In this document: positions 59,519-64,000 of the stretch, one piece after another | Layout: each line of letters begins with the position of its first letter | How positions within the stretch are numbered: the first letter of the stretch is position 1 | Program-made: the position numbers and the translations under genes | Source of the DNA: an uncultured Candidatus Binatia bacterium | GTDB lineage: Bacteria > Desulfobacterota > Binatia > Bin18 | NCBI GenBank assembly: GCA_965214605.1 | Contig: OZ243961.1 | Location: 3,648,001 to 3,712,000 of the forward strand | DNA: 64,000 nucleotides | Reading direction: 5' to 3' | Notes under the pieces: model-generated | Told to the model about the DNA's origin: nothing | Database searches by the model: none | Seen by the model: only the letters and a program-made list of their open reading frames with translations

Positions 59519-60490
59519 ATGGCCCTGCATGTCCATGTCCGTCCAGCAGCCCTCAGCCTAGTCGGCCTGCTGGCCTTGCTGGCGGGTGGCTGTCACGAGC
59601 CCTTGCGGCCGCCATATATCGTTCCTGAGCTGCACGACTGGCCCAAGACCTATCACGGTACGCCAGGGCTGCGGCTCCATGTTTTTCAGACCGGCTCGGT
59701 GATCCTGCCGAGCCGACTGGTGTATGAGGGTAGCAGTGTCTTTGGGCGGACACACCTGGACGTGCTGGTCTTTGCCATCCAGCATCCACACCGAGGGCTC
59801 GTCCTGGTTGGCACCGGGCTTAACCGGGCTCTGGCCGACTCCTCAGCTGACAGTCCCCAAGCCTATTTGGAGACGCCGTTGTCGGTGATCGTACAGGCCC
59901 GGTTGAGAGCCGGTCAGGACATTGTCGCCCAGCTCAAAGCCGCCCGGCTAGCGGCCGACGAGATGACGCACATCATCCTGCCCGATCTACGGCCCGATCA
60001 CGCCGGGGAATTGGAGCATTTTTCTGGGGCAGCTGCGGTGGTAACTAGCACTGAACACGCCGCAGCAATCAGACAGACCGGGTTCGGGGCCTATCTGCCC
60101 AAAGAGTATGACCAAGTCGCGCAGTGGCAGTTCATAGATTTTGGACAGGCCGAGCCGCTCGGCCTGCTGCCCGCCGCCCAGGACTTGTTCGGCGACGGCA
60201 GTGTTGTCCTGCTTGACGCCAGCGGCGCGACCGCGGGCGGACTCGCGGTGCTCGTCCGGCTCCCCTCGGGGCCGATGTTGCTGTGCGGAAACTTGGCCTG
60301 GACCAGGGAGCAATACATGTATGCCCGCCTGCCCGGGCTGGCCTTTGATCGGAACGCCTGGTGGGACAAAATCTGGCGCCTGAAGAAATGGACCCAGCTT
60401 GCGCCCGAATTGACGGTTTTGCCCGATCATGACTGGCGGGCGGTTGAGGCGAGCGTGACGGCTGATGTGCAACTCCACGTGTTTCAGTGA
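59519..60490 (+). CDS. Metallo-beta-lactamase-fold lipoprotein (AHL-lactonase-like) with degenerate metal motif
   Basis: Lipobox LAGGC; HIILPDLRPDHAG, DLFGDGSV, VLPDHD align with the AiiA-like scaffold. Confidence 0.78.
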   Translation: MALHVHVRPAALSLVGLLALLAGGCHEPLRPPYIVPELHDWPKTYHGTPGLRLHVFQTGSVILPSRLVYEGSSVFGRTHLDVLVFAIQHPHRGLVLVGTGLNRALADSSADSPQAYLETPLSVIVQARLRAGQDIVAQLKAARLAADEMTHIILPDLRPDHAGELEHFSGAAAVVTSTEHAAAIRQTGFGAYLPKEYDQVAQWQFIDFGQAEPLGLLPAAQDLFGDGSVVLLDASGATAGGLAVLVRLPSGPMLLCGNLAWTREQYMYARLPGLAFDRNAWWDKIWRLKKWTQLAPELTVLPDHDWRAVEASVTADVQLHVFQ

Positions 60491-60613
60491 TAATGGACAG
60501 AAGAGGCAAACAGACAATGGGAAACCTAGAGCACTATGGCTTGTCCAGCAGACAAGGTTTTGACCTCTGACTTGAGAACCGGCTGCGCTCCCAGCAAAGA
60601 CCACAGGCAAACT

Positions 60614-61495
60614 ATGGAGGTTATGTTTCTTGGTCACGGCTCGCTAATGAGCGGGCGAGGTTTGTCCTTCTCCGGGACCTTTGCCGTTCGTCGAGCGGGC
60701 ATTATTGCGCTCGCCAGCTGTCGGCGGGGTTTTGCCAAACTATCGATGTATGGCAACCGGTTTGCCACCGATGTGGAACTTGTGCGGCTTCCTCTGCGGG
60801 GCTGCTGGGTTTCGCCCCAGACTAGTGGGCCTGGGGGTATCGAGACCTTGGCCCTGAGTGTCTCCCTTGACGAAGCCTACCGGCTGATTAAGCGTGAGGG
60901 CTATCAGCCTGGGGCGGCCCAAAAGCTGGCCCGGTTTGGTCAGGAGCGAGGCCGGGGACTGGCCGATTTTTTATGGCAGGTGCAGACCGAGGCCGGGCAC
61001 GATGTCGTCGGCTATCGGCGTCGGCTTTTTGAGCTGACGGGCTATACTTCGCCCCACTATATCCCGCATCCGGTGCAGGTCGATGGGAAGGAGACGGCCC
61101 TCATCTTTCTGGCCCCCGGTTTTGAGGCGACAGGCTCTGAGGCGGTTATCTCGGTCCGCCAGCAAACCGGGGTACGCACAGTCATGTCCGCGGGGCAGGC
61201 CTGGAAGCACAAACCAAATGAAGAGCAGTTGAGCTATCTCGTGTCGTGTGTACTGGGCGGCGTACACGGGGTCAAAATTGATGACTTACTGCCCCGGCTC
61301 AGCGATGACCCGCGGCTGATAACCGCCCTGACAGAACGCTTGCAGCCGGAGATCGAGACGGAAGCGTCCCGCTTCTTGGAAACCGTCGGCTTGTCGGCCG
61401 AGCAGTATCGCGCGGCCTTTGGTGAACCTGAGCAGCTGCTCAGGCGCAGTGGCTTGCACGACTTTCTGAGGGGCAATCTCAGTCCTCGTGTCTAG
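60614..61495 (+). CDS. Hypothetical protein, possible gamma-glutamylcyclotransferase-like fold
   Basis: N-terminal FLGHGSLM resembles FGYGSL; later LIKREGY resembles the LDxREG motif. Confidence 0.6.
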   Translation: MEVMFLGHGSLMSGRGLSFSGTFAVRRAGIIALASCRRGFAKLSMYGNRFATDVELVRLPLRGCWVSPQTSGPGGIETLALSVSLDEAYRLIKREGYQPGAAQKLARFGQERGRGLADFLWQVQTEAGHDVVGYRRRLFELTGYTSPHYIPHPVQVDGKETALIFLAPGFEATGSEAVISVRQQTGVRTVMSAGQAWKHKPNEEQLSYLVSCVLGGVHGVKIDDLLPRLSDDPRLITALTERLQPEIETEASRFLETVGLSAEQYRAAFGEPEQLLRRSGLHDFLRGNLSPRV

Positions 61496-61513
61496 CGTGT
61501 GGAGACCGACCCT

Positions 61514-62017
61514 ATGAGTTTCTTTTCAGTCACCATTGGAAAAGACCAGTTGTGTTTTACGGCCGCTCACTTCATTGCCTTTCGGGGGTTTCGAGAGCCG
61601 CTGCACGGCCATACCTATCACGCTCAGGTCACTGTCAGCGGACCGGTCGGGCCGGACGGCTATGTGGTTGACTTTCTGGTGCTCAAGAAGCTTGCCGTAG
61701 AAGAATGTTCCCGGCTCCATTTTCGGACCCTGTTGCCCGAGTGTAGTGACTGTCTGGATATCGTAGAGTGCGAGGGCCGGATCGAGGTGAGCTGTGAGGA
61801 CGGCAATCGTTTTGTGCTGCCGCGCCAGGACGTGTGCCTGTTACCTATCGTGCATTCGTCTTCGGAAGAGCTCGCCCAGTATCTGGTGGCGCGCTTGCGT
61901 CAGCGGCTGGCTGGCGAACGCAACAGCATCGAAACCATTGAGGTCAGCATTGAAGACATCCCCGGCCAGCTTGCGGTATGTCGGGAAGCCTTTGACGCTG
62001 ACAAGGCGGATGGATGA
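61514..62017 (+). CDS. 6-pyruvoyl-tetrahydropterin synthase family protein (PTPS-III-like motif)
   Basis: FTAAHF, EPLHGHTY, VVDF, SSEELA. Confidence 0.88.
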   Translation: MSFFSVTIGKDQLCFTAAHFIAFRGFREPLHGHTYHAQVTVSGPVGPDGYVVDFLVLKKLAVEECSRLHFRTLLPECSDCLDIVECEGRIEVSCEDGNRFVLPRQDVCLLPIVHSSSEELAQYLVARLRQRLAGERNSIETIEVSIEDIPGQLAVCREAFDADKADG

Positions 62018-62298
62018 GTCGGGTCCGGTGGAGCCTTCTGTGTCTGGTGGTGTCGGCCGGACTCGGCTGTAGTTCCGGGCTGCCCGAGGCGGAGTCGGTG
62101 GCCGCCCAGGCCTACGTCCAGCGCTGTTCGGGCTGTCACCGTGTGTACCACCCGAGGCTGCTGACGGCTCAGATGTGGGACTTTATGCTGACGCGTATGG
62201 ATGACGAACTTCGGCGACTCGGAAGACCGCCACTTCAGGGACAGGAACGGGAGACCGTGCGCGCCTATCTCCATAAGCATAGTGGCGGTCAAGGGTAA
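62014..62298 (+). CDS. Small monoheme c-type cytochrome lipoprotein
   Basis: Lipobox AGLGC, heme motif CSGCH, candidate Met ligand; ATGA overlap with upstream gene. Confidence 0.8.
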   Translation: MSRVRWSLLCLVVSAGLGCSSGLPEAESVAAQAYVQRCSGCHRVYHPRLLTAQMWDFMLTRMDDELRRLGRPPLQGQERETVRAYLHKHSGGQG

Positions 62299-62329
62299 CA
62301 CTACGGGGGTGGCCCGGACGGCCCCGTCC

Positions 62330-62779
62330 CTATTGGTTGCGTTGCAAATCGTACTGATCGTATAGCGCCGGGAGCTCTAGAGTAGCGTCGGCTTGGCGTT
62401 GTACTTGCAGAAGGTGGGCGCTCAGAGCCTTTTGGCACGGCCCGTTGGCCAGGCAGTTTTGAAATGGAGCGGGACCATCGGTCATGGCCCGCTGGAGGGT
62501 TTGCAAGACCCACTCAGCTTCTGTTTTTGCGACCGCCGGCGTCGATAGGCTTGGCGGCGGAGCTACCGCGACTGGACGTGGTGGTGGGACCGGGCTCGGT
62601 GGGTGGGCAGCGGCTGGACTTGAGCTACTTGGGGAAGCGGAGGAGGAGAACGACGGTATCCGTGAGGTCGAACTGCCCGGAATAACCGTGCCAATCGTTC
62701 CGAGGACCTCTCGCTGTTGCTGGACCGTACAGCTGGTGAGGAGGAACAGGCTGCTGAGGCACAAGGATACGTATCGCAT
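62330..62779 (-). CDS. Pro/Ser-rich hypothetical lipoprotein
   Basis: Lipobox LTSC, P/S-rich linker, C-terminal CxxxxxC domain; RBS GGAG upstream. Confidence 0.65.
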   Translation of the reverse strand: MRYVSLCLSSLFLLTSCTVQQQREVLGTIGTVIPGSSTSRIPSFSSSASPSSSSPAAAHPPSPVPPPRPVAVAPPPSLSTPAVAKTEAEWVLQTLQRAMTDGPAPFQNCLANGPCQKALSAHLLQVQRQADATLELPALYDQYDLQRNQ

Positions 62780-62854
62780 TATGGTGCTCCCTTAGACTAA
62801 ATCAGACTTGGTGACCTTGACTTGTGTAGGCAAACAGCAGACTGTCTACCACAT

Positions 62855-63214
62855 ATGGAACACAAGCACACCTATCCGGAAGCTCTAGAGACCCTGCTGA
62901 GCCGTCTGCCGGAAATCGAACTGGTGCTGGGCCCGCAGGCCAAAGGCGGACTGGTGGCGGTCGAGCGCTCACTGCAACAGGCGATTGCCCTACGGGCCGA
63001 CGGTGATATCCCGCGCACGGTGTCCCACATCGCCGCGGCCATGGACAGCCTGTCTCAGCTGGCCGACGAGCTAGATCCGCAGGAAGCAGCTATGATGCGG
63101 ATGTTGACCAACCATTTTCGCCGCGCTTTGCTCAGTGGGCACAACAGCGAGGCGCGGCGGGTCTCTGACTTGATGCGCGAGAAGTCGGGAACGACAGTTC
63201 GAAATCGTGATTAG
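62855..63214 (+). CDS. Hypothetical helical protein
   Basis: 119-aa ORF with host-like codon usage and amphipathic helices. Confidence 0.65.
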   Translation: MEHKHTYPEALETLLSRLPEIELVLGPQAKGGLVAVERSLQQAIALRADGDIPRTVSHIAAAMDSLSQLADELDPQEAAMMRMLTNHFRRALLSGHNSEARRVSDLMREKSGTTVRNRD

Positions 63215-63739
63215 CGCCCCAGTGTTCAGTCGCTTCGCTCCCCGTGAGGGGGGGGGTAAGGGAGAACACTCTAGCATCGACCGGAACCGACAGACTTGGG
63301 GAAGCGGAATACGCTAGGCGGGGAAGTAGGACGCCGCCGGTATCAAGCCGCTTGACGGCGGGACGAGTGCTTACAGCCATGTAGCGTTCGTCAGGCGCGG
63401 CCGGATGTGTTTGATCGTGAACTACTCATCGACCTCTGTGGCCACTGTCGACCGCAGCAACTACTGGCAAGCGCGCGAGGCGTATCGGATATGACATTGA
63501 CCGGACAGATGGAGAGAGTTGCAAGCACTGGCGTCGGCGCTCCTCAGTCCTTGGCTAGGGACATGCCCGCGGTCTGTTGGACGCAAGGTTGGCCGGAGCG
63601 AGCTTGCTTGGTGTTCTGTCAACAGCGGCATGTTTTGGCGCTCCGATAGAAGAGGCATGACAATACGCCTCTTTACCGAACGATGACTTCCTCAGCCGTG
63701 GCTTTCAGGGTCGCCGATATCCACTCGCACGCAGAGTGA

Positions 63740-64000
63740 CCCCTTGTGACCCCTTGCCGATAGGACAGTGTTGCCCCGGCGGGGTGCCACAGATGGCCTG
63801 CAGGAGGACAAATTGTAAGACTGACTCTCAATCCTGATTCGCCCCACACGCCCAGCCGGAGATAACGCCAAGGCCGCTTTGGAACACACCGAGCTGGGAA
63901 TTTGCAAGCATCGCTTGAGCCTGCGCGCGTGCGGCAGCGCAGATCAGCAGGAGAACCAGCAATGCGGTTACGAACGGGCAGAATCGAAGCCATGAGACGA
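63740..64000 (-). pseudogene. Frameshifted remnant of a secreted protein gene running off the window end
   Basis: Frame 63998-63828 reads ..FVTALLVLLLICAAARAQAQAMLANSQLGVFQSGLGVISGWACGANQD*; similarity continues in other frames (RIESQ, LQAICGTP, RGNT). Confidence 0.5.

Noticed and set aside
63400-63470. UmuD/LexA-like snippet (VVAAVD..FTIKHI) on the minus strand
   Set aside because: Too short, split across frames and without the catalytic Ser region
1-64000. tRNA, rRNA, integrase, transposase or prophage genes
   Set aside because: None recognised by eye; a tRNAscan/Rfam/ISEScan run would be needed to exclude them fully

Overview
A GC-rich, Gram-negative bacterial chromosomal segment. A deltaproteobacterial/Binatota-like, possibly host-associated origin is inferred from gene style and eroded intergenic remnants, not established. 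Core content: ftsH; cobQ divergent from a cobalamin-riboswitch-led btuBFCD operon; a sirC-ccsA-hemA-hemC-cobA/hemD tetrapyrrole operon; an MltD-like LysM transglycosylase; three luciferase-like monooxygenases; hisC; hmgA; yebC-ruvCAB; a MoxR/DUF58/vWA operon; and a PTPS/QueD-family gene. Most notable: (1) an NtrY-type sensor kinase followed by an NtrX-type receiver domain fused in frame to a catalytically complete LpxC, suggesting direct two-component control of lipid A synthesis; (2) an intact, lower-GC HATPase kinase / STAS / PIN three-gene cassette nested between what look like decayed mod and res remnants of a type III-like R-M locus, a candidate defence or toxin-antitoxin system; (3) an NCS2 permease fused to a degenerate RsbW-like domain, divergent from a TonB receptor and its pseudogenised tandem paralog; (4) an orphan ParA plus small basic partner; (5) a metallo-beta-lactamase-fold lipoprotein that has lost one Zn site. 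All family calls come from motif recognition by eye; no searches were run.
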